64,000 bases of DNA, from positions 1,667 through 65,666 of the forward strand of contig WAKH01000004.1 in NCBI GenBank assembly GCA_015523485.1, given 5' to 3'. The notes under the pieces were generated by a model, which saw only the letters and a program-made list of their open reading frames with translations, ran no database searches and was not told the origin of the DNA. The position numbers were made by a program, and so were the translations under genes. Shown piece after piece: positions 1-9,233 of this stretch (the stretch's first letter is position 1; every line of letters begins with the position of its first letter). This DNA is from Thermodiscus sp. (GTDB taxonomy: Archaea; Thermoproteota; Thermoprotei_A; Sulfolobales; Acidilobaceae).

Positions 1-263
1 ACCGCGCTAGGCGAACCAATACCGGTACTCGTTGTTGTAATAGGTACACCCTTATACCTGCCAGTATACGTTCTGAACTCCCTATGATGAGCAACCAGTC
101 TTCTCTCATCCCATAGGCTTGAGATTAAATCGACCCTCTCAGGATCACCAGGCAAAAGTACGTAGCGAGCGACATCTCCTTTTTTGACTTCCAAGTGGTA
201 TTGACGGCCTTCACTATCTTGTGGGATCGCCGCACTCTTTAGCTTGTCATCTGACACAATCAT
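1..263 (-). CDS. Nucleoside phosphorylase, PNP/UDP family (uridine-phosphorylase-like), N-terminal part; gene runs off the left edge
   Basis: Not in the ORF track because it has no stop in the window. The reverse complement from ATG (263..261) reads MIVSDDKLKSAAIPQDSEGRQYHLEVKKGDVARYVLLPGDPERVDLISSLWDERRLVAHHREFRTYTGRYKGVPITTTSTGIGSPSA. The QYHL...LLPGDPER...TGIGxPS pattern is the PNP_UDP_1 N-terminal signature. Confidence 0.7.
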   Translation of the reverse strand, partial: MIVSDDKLKSAAIPQDSEGRQYHLEVKKGDVARYVLLPGDPERVDLISSLWDERRLVAHHREFRTYTGRYKGVPITTTSTGIGSPSA

Positions 264-330
264 CACCACAATTATTAACATAACCCTTACGATATATTTT
301 GATGGCAACTAGGTATACTAGGGGGTCTCT

Positions 331-552
331 ATGAACATGAAAAACAAGATTACTGGGGTCACATTGACTCTGCTGGGATTCGTGCTTGCAGTACCACTCT
401 CATATATCCTATTGAATCTAGATTACACAACCTTCATAAAATTCTTGAAAATATTTATATTAATAGTTTTCATACTTATAGGTTCACTGCTGACAGCTAC
501 GGGAGTTCTAATACTAACAGGCTGGCCTCATAGGAGTGATGGAATCGAGTGA
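331..552 (+). CDS. Hypothetical small membrane protein (two hydrophobic helices)
   Basis: 73-aa ORF with two long hydrophobic segments in an AT-rich gap. No recognisable family; it may not be expressed. Confidence 0.3.
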   Translation: MNMKNKITGVTLTLLGFVLAVPLSYILLNLDYTTFIKFLKIFILIVFILIGSLLTATGVLILTGWPHRSDGIE

Positions 553-649
553 CCAACACTGATGAATCATATAATTAATAAAGATTTATAAGTTAAGAGT
601 AAAGCGTTTAAGACACATAACCTAAGAGACTCTTCCCGGGGTAGGATAA

Positions 650-1759
650 TTGACGATGAGTGTCGAGGAACGATTCAAACTAATTACAAGGAATGCACAA
701 GAAGTTATAACAGAAAAAGAATTAATGGAAAAATTAGAAACTGGGGATAGACTAAAGGGTTACATCGGATACGAACCAAGCGGACTAGTCCATATCGGAT
801 GGCTAATATGGATGTTCAAGGTAAAAGATCTCGTAGATGCAGGCGTTGACTTCACCGTTCTAGAAGCCACATGGCACGCACACATTAACGACAAGCTTGG
901 AGGGGACTTGGACTTAATCCGTAAATCGACGAAAATCGTTAGAGCAGTCTTCGAAGCGATAGGTGTATCCGAGGACAGGCTTCATTATGTTGACGCGGAG
1001 GATTTAGCCTCGGATAAGGATTACTGGGCACTCCTTATCAAAGTGGCGAAGAATAACACGCTTCACAGAGTCAAGCGGGCAATGACTATAATGGGTCGAA
1101 AGGCGGAGGAAGCTGAAATAGACGCATCGAAGGTACTATACCCTATGATGCAGGTCTCCGACATATTCTACCTCGACTTGGACATTGCACTAGGCGGTAT
1201 GGACCAGAGGAAAGCCCACATGCTGGCTAGAGATACAGCAGAGAAACTAGGGATGAAGAAGCCCATAGCAATCCATACACCCATCCTTACGGGCCTTAAG
1301 GGAGTAGGTAGGATGGATGTAGCGGGCAAAGACAAGGACGAGATTCTTGCTGAAGTAAAGATGAGTAAGAGCAAGCCAGAATACACGATATTCGTTCATT
1401 ACCCTCCAGAGAAGATAAGAGAGGTAATACGAAAAGCTTACTGCCCGGCTAGACAAACCGAATATAACCCAGTCATTGAGATCAACAAGTATCTATTATT
1501 CCAACAGGACGGGTTCCAGCTAGTAGTCGAGAGACCTGCAAAGTACGGCGGCACTGTAGTATATGATAGTTTCGAAGACCTCGAGAGGGATTTCCGTGAA
1601 GGAAAACTACATCCAGCCGACCTGAAGAACGCTACGGCCAACGCGTTGATCGAGTTTCTAGCACCTATAAGGGATAGACTCCTCTCGGATAAAGAAACCC
1701 TCGATACGATAATAACAATTGAGAAATATTATGGATTAAATATAACAAGTAGCCAGTAA
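650..1759 (+). CDS. tyrS: Tyrosyl-tRNA synthetase (archaeal type)
   Basis: Class I aaRS motifs YEPSGLVHIGW (HIGH-type) and KMSKSKP (KMSKS), at archaeal TyrRS length. The track start at 650 is TTG; ATG at 656 is equally possible. Confidence 0.93.
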   Translation: MTMSVEERFKLITRNAQEVITEKELMEKLETGDRLKGYIGYEPSGLVHIGWLIWMFKVKDLVDAGVDFTVLEATWHAHINDKLGGDLDLIRKSTKIVRAVFEAIGVSEDRLHYVDAEDLASDKDYWALLIKVAKNNTLHRVKRAMTIMGRKAEEAEIDASKVLYPMMQVSDIFYLDLDIALGGMDQRKAHMLARDTAEKLGMKKPIAIHTPILTGLKGVGRMDVAGKDKDEILAEVKMSKSKPEYTIFVHYPPEKIREVIRKAYCPARQTEYNPVIEINKYLLFQQDGFQLVVERPAKYGGTVVYDSFEDLERDFREGKLHPADLKNATANALIEFLAPIRDRLLSDKETLDTIITIEKYYGLNITSSQ

Positions 1760-1935
1760 ACACTATAGTAGTCCTTTATCCTTCCTAGAAAGACCCACAA
1801 CTTTTAGAAGCACAAGATAAAAAGAGGTCGCTTTGGTCATTCATATAAGTGAAGACGCTCCCGGGGTTACACCCCACACCTGCTAGTCGAACAAGGGTGG
1901 AAATGATCGGAGGTCTTACAACGAGGTGACATGCT

Positions 1936-3204
1936 ATGAAATACCTGATCAAGGCGAAACTCGAGGTCGATGGTAGAGTAGATAAACACGATGTAATAGG
2001 CGCAATATTTGGCCAGACAGAGGGACTCTTGGGAAGCGAGTTCAACTTGGAGGAACTACAGAAGAAAGATAAGATCGGTAGAGTTCATGTTGAAATACGC
2101 TACCAAGGCACCAAGACAATAGGTAACATCACGATACCCAGTAACCTAGATAGAGTCGAGACGGCAATACTTGCAGCCATGATTGAAACCGTGGACAGAA
2201 TTGGCCCCTACAATGCGAGGATCACGATAGAAGAGATCAAGGATCTACGTGCTGAAAAGATTAAACAAGTGTTGAAGAGGAGCAAGGAAATACTAAAAAT
2301 GATGAAGGAGACTGAGCCGGATCTAAAGGAGATCCTAAGAGAAGTCCAGTCTGTAGAGGAAGAAAAACCTAAGCTAGTAGAATATGGTCCAGAGAAGCTG
2401 CCAGCTGGCCCAGACATAGACAAATCCGACACTATAATCATAGTCGAGGGCAGAGCGGATGTTCTAAACCTGCTCAGATACGGTTACACTAACGTCATCG
2501 CCCTAGAAGGTGCCAGAGAGAAGATCCCGAAGACGATAATCGAGCTCTCGAAGAAAAAGAAGACAATAGCACTAGTTGATGGAGATCGTGGTGGAGAACT
2601 AATTCTGAAGACACTCCTAGACCAGGCTCAAATAGACTACGTAGCTAGAGCGCCCAAGGGTATGGAGGTTGAGGAGCTCACTGGAAAAGAGATAGCACAC
2701 GCACTCGAACAAATGATGCCAGCCGAAGTGTACAAGAAGAAACTGGGCCTCATTAAGGAGGAAAAACCCGTCGAGGTCGAGAAAGAGCCTGAAGCGAAGG
2801 TTGAGAAGCCCGTAACGGTAGAGGTTAAAGCGGAGGAAGTAAAGGTAGAGGAGGCGCCGGCTAAAGCTGTTGAGGAAAAGAAGCCTGAGCCCGTTGAACT
2901 AGCAGTTATACCCAAGGAGGTTATCGATGAGATACCAAAGTTGAAGGGGAGTCTGGAAGCCATCCTATACGATGAGAACTGGAAGCCAATCAAGAAGATA
3001 AGTGTAAGGGACCTTTATCCAGAGCTCCAGAAGGCGGAGCCAGGCCAGATATACGGCGTGCTATTCGACGGTATCATTACACAGCGAATAATTGACGCTG
3101 CAGCCGAGAAGGGAGTGAAGATTCTGATTGGTGCTAGGACAGGTACCAAGCTGGCTAGCAAGCCGAAAGACGTGCTGTTCTTCACCTTTAATGACTTGAC
3201 TTAG
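1936..3204 (+). CDS. dnaG: Archaeal DnaG primase-like Toprim protein
   Basis: Conserved archaeal DnaG N-terminus MKYLIKAKLEVDGRVDKHDVIGAIFGQTEGLLG. Toprim core IIIVEGRADVLNL...VDGDRGGELI. A GAGGTGA Shine-Dalgarno sits 5 nt upstream of the ATG. Confidence 0.9.
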   Translation: MKYLIKAKLEVDGRVDKHDVIGAIFGQTEGLLGSEFNLEELQKKDKIGRVHVEIRYQGTKTIGNITIPSNLDRVETAILAAMIETVDRIGPYNARITIEEIKDLRAEKIKQVLKRSKEILKMMKETEPDLKEILREVQSVEEEKPKLVEYGPEKLPAGPDIDKSDTIIIVEGRADVLNLLRYGYTNVIALEGAREKIPKTIIELSKKKKTIALVDGDRGGELILKTLLDQAQIDYVARAPKGMEVEELTGKEIAHALEQMMPAEVYKKKLGLIKEEKPVEVEKEPEAKVEKPVTVEVKAEEVKVEEAPAKAVEEKKPEPVELAVIPKEVIDEIPKLKGSLEAILYDENWKPIKKISVRDLYPELQKAEPGQIYGVLFDGIITQRIIDAAAEKGVKILIGARTGTKLASKPKDVLFFTFNDLT

Positions 3205-5591
3205 CCCCCGAAGAAGTCTAGGAGGCTTGTCTGCCTCCCTCCACTTTTTAACCTCCTCTCGGTCACCCCGAAGTAAGAGAGTATTCTCAGTGCCGAAGGG
3301 ACTACCTGCTTGTCGATGTAGTAGTCTACGTCTATTTCATCTGGCTTGACGGCAAAGTATGGTTTAACTTTTTTGGAGAGGGGACCCGATCCCTTCACCA
3401 CGATATAGCCTATCTTTGAGCCGGGGCCGACCTTAATCCCCATCCTCTGCATCATTCTAGCCACAACAATGTGCGGCTGCTCTGCAACATACTCTTCTAA
3501 CCGTTTAGAGAGGGTCTTCCATATGACTAGTTTACGTATGTCTATCTTGTGGTTCCTTAGATCCTCTATTACCCGTCTCACATAGTCAACCGCGTCTTGC
3601 ACATTACCTGTCTTCAAAACAAGCTCTGCCACCTTTATCTGGGTCTCCTTAGCTAGCTCGCTCCAATCTCCCCTTACAGCTTCAAAGCCTACAACATCGA
3701 TTTTGCCGTCAATTGTTAAACCTACGTATCTCTTCTTTGCCTCAGTGAAGAACACTTTCTTATACACTTTGTCGATCTTTACATCGAATCCTAGGACCTC
3801 CTCGATCCAAGATATTAGTTGATTAACCTTCTCCTCGTTGTTGGTTACAAACAGGCTGTCGGTATCGCCGTATATGACGTCGAGGCCGAGTTCGCGGGCT
3901 TTTCTGATAGCCTTCATTATAAGGGTTCTACCCCACGCTGTGATAGACTCCGCGCATTGCCGACAGTACCACCTAGCATATGGCCATCCTAGGTAGCCAT
4001 AGGACGCGTTGGCTAGGACCTTTACAGCCCTTTGTCTCTCGTTTAGTAGATTATAGTCGGGGGAGCCCTCCTTGTACCGTTTCATTTCGGCTTTGATGTT
4101 CTTCCTTATCGTTAGTAGTTTCTCTACAACCTTCTTGAAGAAGCCCGGCGGTTCTTTCCTAAACATGTGGCCTACTTCGGGCGCCTTATTCACGTTGCTT
4201 GGATCAACCGGTTCATCTGGTTTCACGAGAGTGTCGGGTCCCACATTGTATCGAACCATTATGTTTGGATACATGCTGGCGAAGTCCAGTACTGCTATGT
4301 TATCGTGGAGTCCAGGCTTCGGCTTCAATACAATAGCTCCCGTATATGACTCCTCCCGACGCTCCTTCCTATTGGGTACTAGTTCGCCTAGCTTGTTGGC
4401 TTCCCTGATCAGCCTCCATTCCAGTCTGAAGCCGACGCTGGCCGCCATAACTTGATCCATGGGGATACCGCTTACTTGGCTCATCTGTGCACCGAATGGT
4501 AGGAATTTGCTGATTAGGCCGTAGGTAGAGTATACGTCGTCTCGTGCATAATCTAGTAGGATCCTTCTCTTAGCGGGATCATCCCAGTACTCGCTTATTT
4601 GCCACCATTCCAGTATGACTCTCTTCTCCTTTGGCATCACACTGAGATAATCTGCTACCTCTTCTAGCGTCTTCATCTTCACCTCGTACATTTCATCGGC
4701 GAAATCGTATAGGTCGACGTTAAGCCTTCCTGGGATGCTATAGTGGCCATAGACGCTCGGTTGTGGTGGAGAGTTAACCCTCCTGCCTATGTCGAGCCTT
4801 ATCCCCAGTATCTTGGCCCTATCTACTAGATATGGCCAGTCGAACCTGTTTTGATTATAGCCTACAATTATGTCTGGATCATAGTCCAGTATCGCGTCCT
4901 TGAACTCGTTTATTATCTTTCTATCGTTCTTACCATCCGAAACTAAGAGGACTGGTTCCCTGTCCTTATCAGTCATGTAGCCTATTATTATCACGGGGTC
5001 CCTCTTGGGATCGGGGCTTCTCTGGGGATTATACACCTCTATGTCAAACGCCATAATCCGTAGGCCTTCTAGAGGGTCCCTCTTAGAATACTCCTCCAGC
5101 TCTATGAGCTGGCTTTTCGCGATATAATACGCGTCAACCCTGAGCCCAGATAGCCTACCCTCCTCTACCTCGACACTATACCACCTCATAGGATAGATGT
5201 TATTGTCGATCAAGTACCTCATCGAGAACCTAATATCTGCCTCGAGAACCTCCCTTACCCCAGGGACCCTCGCGACAGCCTCGCGATACTCCCTAACAGT
5301 GGCTGGGATAAGAGTCTCAATCCTTAACACGTCTACCTCTCTGCCCACATATCTCCTCTTCAGGTGTTGAACCTGTGTGATTGGGCTCGATGGCTTAGAT
5401 AATGTTTTGATTGTTCTTGTAATCTCCTCAACATTCACGCCTTGCTCCAGCACCGCGTAGAAATATGGTCGAAACCCTTTCACGTGTATTAGGACCCTTT
5501 CTCCATCCTCCGTCCTGCCCCACAAGTCGATGATTGGCTCGTTGCCAATTACTTCATAGCTTACATCAAGGAGTTGGAATACTATTTCCAA
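3201..5591 (-). CDS. polB: DNA polymerase, family B (size suggests PolB3-type; subtype not certain)
   Basis: Exo I motif MAFDIEVY, pol motif A LDFASMYPNIM and motif C YGDTDSLFV. No intein. TTG start preceded by GGGGGAG. Confidence 0.92.
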   Translation of the reverse strand: MEIVFQLLDVSYEVIGNEPIIDLWGRTEDGERVLIHVKGFRPYFYAVLEQGVNVEEITRTIKTLSKPSSPITQVQHLKRRYVGREVDVLRIETLIPATVREYREAVARVPGVREVLEADIRFSMRYLIDNNIYPMRWYSVEVEEGRLSGLRVDAYYIAKSQLIELEEYSKRDPLEGLRIMAFDIEVYNPQRSPDPKRDPVIIIGYMTDKDREPVLLVSDGKNDRKIINEFKDAILDYDPDIIVGYNQNRFDWPYLVDRAKILGIRLDIGRRVNSPPQPSVYGHYSIPGRLNVDLYDFADEMYEVKMKTLEEVADYLSVMPKEKRVILEWWQISEYWDDPAKRRILLDYARDDVYSTYGLISKFLPFGAQMSQVSGIPMDQVMAASVGFRLEWRLIREANKLGELVPNRKERREESYTGAIVLKPKPGLHDNIAVLDFASMYPNIMVRYNVGPDTLVKPDEPVDPSNVNKAPEVGHMFRKEPPGFFKKVVEKLLTIRKNIKAEMKRYKEGSPDYNLLNERQRAVKVLANASYGYLGWPYARWYCRQCAESITAWGRTLIMKAIRKARELGLDVIYGDTDSLFVTNNEEKVNQLISWIEEVLGFDVKIDKVYKKVFFTEAKKRYVGLTIDGKIDVVGFEAVRGDWSELAKETQIKVAELVLKTGNVQDAVDYVRRVIEDLRNHKIDIRKLVIWKTLSKRLEEYVAEQPHIVVARMMQRMGIKVGPGSKIGYIVVKGSGPLSKKVKPYFAVKPDEIDVDYYIDKQVVPSALRILSYFGVTERRLKSGGRQTSLLDFFGG

Positions 5592-5675
5592 TAGGGCTCC
5601 CCCACTATCTAATTATTGTATTCAAGAGCCATATACCTAAAGCATACACAACGATACTAAGGGAGGGGCCAAGTA

Positions 5676-6335
5676 TTGGAGAACACAAGGAGAGGAGTAC
5701 ACATAGCCTTTGAAGGAATAGACGGTAGCGGGTTGACAACCCACTCCAGGAGACTTGTAGATGAACTCTCCAATATGGGGTATAAATCCGAGTACTTCAA
5801 GGAGCCAACCAAGGGACCCATCGGTGACCTGATACGTTCCTTTCTCCGAGGCGATGATAGAGTCCGCCACGATCTACTCGCACTACTCTTCGCGGCTGAT
5901 AGGCTATGGAATTATCACGCTTCAACCAAACCAATAGCGCTGCTGAAGGAGCAAGGATACATAGTGGTTAGCGATCGCTACAAGTATTCGAGCGCCGCAT
6001 ACCAGGGTGCCTTCACAGATCTAGAATGGGTGTGGATAATCAATTCGAGGGTCCCTCACGCTGACATTATAGTTTACCTTGATGTTCCTGTAGATGTGGC
6101 TCTTAGAAGGATAGAGCTAAGGTCCAAGAATGGAGTCGCGCGGGAACACTATGAAAAGGCTGAGCTACTCGAGAAAATACGCCGCAATTACGAAGTCGTA
6201 TTGAGGAAGGCTGAGGAGGAGGGTGTTGTCGTTATCAAGATTAGCGGCGTAGATTCTGGAGGAGAGAGGAGTATTGACGAAGTAGCCCGGGAAATCAAGG
6301 AGAAAATAGTCGATTTCATCACTAGCCGTCGCTAG
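5676..6335 (+). CDS. tmk: Thymidylate (dTMP) kinase
   Basis: P-loop IAFEGIDGSGLTTH and a DRY-type motif SDRYKYSSAAYQG. TTG start with GGGAGGGG upstream. Confidence 0.88.
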   Translation: MENTRRGVHIAFEGIDGSGLTTHSRRLVDELSNMGYKSEYFKEPTKGPIGDLIRSFLRGDDRVRHDLLALLFAADRLWNYHASTKPIALLKEQGYIVVSDRYKYSSAAYQGAFTDLEWVWIINSRVPHADIIVYLDVPVDVALRRIELRSKNGVAREHYEKAELLEKIRRNYEVVLRKAEEEGVVVIKISGVDSGGERSIDEVAREIKEKIVDFITSRR

Positions 6336-6732
6336 ATATTGTTATTTCTCCTGTATCCTTGAATGTTATAATAATACCATCACTAACCCTCTCCATTATG
6401 CCCTTGACCTTATCGAACAGGGGGATGTCTGCGAGGATTGCTCCCGCCACAAGTATAGGGTCGGCCTCTGATTCTACTATGATCGCTAATGGCTTCCTGG
6501 AATAGTACTTCAAGCCGTATAGGGTATAGGAGCCCACGGTGGATCCCCTAGGCCTTCCTATTACAAGTACCCTGTCATGGATGGTCTTGCCACTAACCGT
6601 TGTACCGGTCTTTGGGTCGACCTCGCCGTAGAAGCTCAGTGCTTCCTCAACGACTGCGGGTCCCTCCCCGCTTCCCGGGTTTAATACTCTTCCATGGAAT
6701 TTTATGGTGCCCATGTTATTCACCACCATCAC
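6322..6732 (-). CDS. Aconitase X swivel-domain protein (DUF126); putative phosphomevalonate dehydratase small subunit
   Basis: 136 aa. The GRVLNPGSGEGPAVV...LSFYGEVDPKTGT pattern is typical of the AcnX swivel domain. A 4-nt overlap couples it to the AcnX catalytic subunit. Confidence 0.75.
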   Translation of the reverse strand: MMVVNNMGTIKFHGRVLNPGSGEGPAVVEEALSFYGEVDPKTGTTVSGKTIHDRVLVIGRPRGSTVGSYTLYGLKYYSRKPLAIIVESEADPILVAGAILADIPLFDKVKGIMERVSDGIIITFKDTGEITISSDG

Positions 6733-7943
6733 ATGTACAATAGTGGAATCATGTCTTCGATTGTTGAGAGGCCCACTTTTAATCCTCTTTTAGATAAATA
6801 GAAGTATGCTTTATAACTATTGGTTACAACCGTTAATCCACTATCATCCCTTCCGAAGGGTGAAACAATCAAACAAGTATCCCGCACTATCACGGCTTTC
6901 TCCTTCAAAACGCCCAGGTACTCTGGATAACTCTCCCTAAATCTCCTATACTCGGACCTGGACAATGTTATTACGATCTTTGACTTCGGCTCCGGCTTAC
7001 CCTCTAGAAGCTTAGCAAGCCTGGCTAGATCCTCAGCCCTAGAGTGCGGACAGCCCAGAAATACTACGTCGGGCTTCTCGCTTGGTTTATGCTCTTCGTA
7101 TAAACTAGCTAGTTCTCTCCAGTCAATAGTCTCGAATCTCTCTAGCTTGACAATATCTATTGAGGGACCCGTTATCCCATCCAGATAGATCATTGCGAGG
7201 GACCCTGCGGCTCCCACAGCAGCGAGCATCTCTTTTACTGCAAGCTCGTCTCGTAATGCTACCTTAACGTATGGCGGTCTTACTCCGGCGTATCTCTCTG
7301 CAACAAGTTTGCCTAGGAGGCCGGCCATGACTTCGTCAAGCGGCTCGTTATGATCGACCTTGAACCCGGTAGTCGGTTTCCGGTTCTCGTCGATGTGTAG
7401 CCCCCAGTAGTATGTCTTACCAACAATTGCGGACATGAGGGCTAGTGGTCCTCCTTCCCTATTGGTTCTTATACCTATCACGCTGTTCCCGTAGAGTATA
7501 GCGCTTGACTCTCCCCAAGAAACACTATCACCGGGCTTGAGAAATCTGGTATCGGGTAGGTAGTAGGGCGTACATGTTAGTGTTGTCTGAGCTCCCATTG
7601 CTCTGAGTGCTTTTACGATCCTCATCTGCCCCTTAACAAATTCATCATCTAGGCGGACTCCTATATGTGACATTAGACTGGGTTCCTCGCTATCGAATCC
7701 TATTGGGTTGACCGTTGTGGGGACCTCTACCCTCGCTCCCTTCTCTACAAGCTCCTCTAAGAGAGCTAGACCGTGTTCTCCTATTGTTCCATAGGATATC
7801 CCGGAGACATGAGCGTGCTTAATCGGGATTAGCCTCTCGGCACCTAGCGCTTCGCCTACCTTGACTAGTGTCTTGATGGCTAACGCTTTAGCTTCGCCCT
7901 CGTAGCCAGAAAGTATCCTCTCCTCTTCCCTAGTTAGATACAT
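6729..7943 (-). CDS. Aconitase X catalytic-domain protein (DUF521); putative phosphomevalonate dehydratase large subunit
   Basis: 404 aa with N-terminus MYLTREEERILSGYEGEAKALA and the HVSGISY...CTPY...GCPH Cys/His pattern characteristic of AcnX. It lies between the swivel subunit and the UbiD-like decarboxylase. Confidence 0.8.
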   Translation of the reverse strand: MYLTREEERILSGYEGEAKALAIKTLVKVGEALGAERLIPIKHAHVSGISYGTIGEHGLALLEELVEKGARVEVPTTVNPIGFDSEEPSLMSHIGVRLDDEFVKGQMRIVKALRAMGAQTTLTCTPYYLPDTRFLKPGDSVSWGESSAILYGNSVIGIRTNREGGPLALMSAIVGKTYYWGLHIDENRKPTTGFKVDHNEPLDEVMAGLLGKLVAERYAGVRPPYVKVALRDELAVKEMLAAVGAAGSLAMIYLDGITGPSIDIVKLERFETIDWRELASLYEEHKPSEKPDVVFLGCPHSRAEDLARLAKLLEGKPEPKSKIVITLSRSEYRRFRESYPEYLGVLKEKAVIVRDTCLIVSPFGRDDSGLTVVTNSYKAYFYLSKRGLKVGLSTIEDMIPLLYM

Positions 7944-7952
7944 TAGACTCCT

Positions 7953-9233
7953 TCACCCTGGCCACTTAGCTCTCTCGAAGTGTGGATCACCCTTCCGGGG
8001 CACTGTAGCATCAATACCCATTTTTGCAGTAAAGCCGTTATCCGCCGAAGGATCTAGCGTTGACCCCCTTGCATTCTTGATCACTACTAGATCCCTGTCA
8101 GCCTGGAACCTTGTAGCTATCGCCCACTCAACCATCTCATAGTTGTCAGGATCAATGTCACCATCGACCACTACCACGTGCTTGAGGCTAGGATGGCCCG
8201 CGAACGCCGCCATTATAGCGTTCTTAGCATCTCCATCATGATTCTTCTCTATCGATATTATAGCATGGAGCCAACCGCCTCCTCCCGGCGAAAGCCTCAC
8301 CTTATAGACGCGTGGTACAACCCTTGATACCGAAGCCCAGATTTGAGCTTCCCGCGGGAATCCCATCAAGTGCATGTGCTCTCGCCCACCAGGTAGGATT
8401 ACATGGGTGTAATTGTCTGACACGAATACCTTCTCTGCATACAACACTGGTTCTCTCCTAACCTTATCATACAACATCAATATGTCCGTGAAGGGACCCT
8501 CCTCTACCCTCTCGGCAGTCAAATAACCCTCCACGATAGCGCCAGCACCAACAGGAACCGGGTTACCATGCACTGGGCTTGGGAATACCTCTAGACCGTT
8601 GAGTAGTCTTGACGCGACTCCCAATTCAAACTGGCCGAGGCTCGGTGAAGTCGAAACTGCCACCAGTACAGCCGGATGTACCCCTAGCACTACTGTAACG
8701 GGCAGCCTGCCCTCCTCCTTAACCGCGTCATTGTATAGCTTGTATAGATGCCTAGGAACGATCCTTACAGCGACCCTCCTCTCATCGATATACATCATCC
8801 TATGTATGCTCGCGTTGCATACGCCTTTCCAGCATGCTATTATGAAGGCAGCTGTGAGGTATAGTCCACCGTCTTTCTCGAAGAACTTTGCGAATGGCAG
8901 GCTTTTGAAGCCTTTATCGACAGACCGATAGCCTCCTGGGTCGCCGATCCAGGTTAACTCCTTGGGGTTCTCGACCGCGTTCAGAATCTTCTTGTAGGCT
9001 TCTTCCTCGTTCTCCACTCCTAGGGCTTCCAGTAGCCTTTTACGAGTCGATACTAGGTTACCAACGCTGGTTGTGGATGTCCCCTTCACATTAAAAGCTG
9101 GTATGAGGTCTTTTTCCTCTGTCTTCTTGAGTATGCGAGTTACCTCGTATACAGGGTCTAGGACGCCGTAGTCTTCGATATTATATTTCCTTGTAAAAGT
9201 CTCTATTGATGCGCTTGACACCATAGGCACCAC
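7953..9233 (-). CDS. UbiD-family decarboxylase; putative trans-anhydromevalonate-5-phosphate decarboxylase
   Basis: UbiD-like blocks RIVPRHLYKLY, PVTVVLGVHPAVLVA, GPFTDILMLYD and VVVVDGDIDPDNYEMVEWAIATRFQADRD. Context next to the AcnX pair. The start region overlaps the upstream ORF by 44-53 nt. Confidence 0.75.
   Translation of the reverse strand: MVPMVSSASIETFTRKYNIEDYGVLDPVYEVTRILKKTEEKDLIPAFNVKGTSTTSVGNLVSTRKRLLEALGVENEEEAYKKILNAVENPKELTWIGDPGGYRSVDKGFKSLPFAKFFEKDGGLYLTAAFIIACWKGVCNASIHRMMYIDERRVAVRIVPRHLYKLYNDAVKEEGRLPVTVVLGVHPAVLVAVSTSPSLGQFELGVASRLLNGLEVFPSPVHGNPVPVGAGAIVEGYLTAERVEEGPFTDILMLYDKVRREPVLYAEKVFVSDNYTHVILPGGREHMHLMGFPREAQIWASVSRVVPRVYKVRLSPGGGGWLHAIISIEKNHDGDAKNAIMAAFAGHPSLKHVVVVDGDIDPDNYEMVEWAIATRFQADRDLVVIKNARGSTLDPSADNGFTAKMGIDATVPRKGDPHFERAKWPG

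Noticed and set aside
1760-1935. 176-nt gap between tyrS and dnaG examined for an ncRNA (small GGGGU-UAC-ACCCC hairpin at ~1863-1875).
   Set aside because: Only a 5-bp hairpin is present, with no box motifs. The gap is adequately explained by the tyrS 3' end plus the dnaG promoter and an SD-containing leader.
2295-2320. C/D-box-like string AAUGAUGAAGGAGACUGA inside dnaG.
   Set aside because: Only 6 nt separate the C-like and D-like boxes, and the string is fully within conserved coding sequence. It is a chance occurrence.
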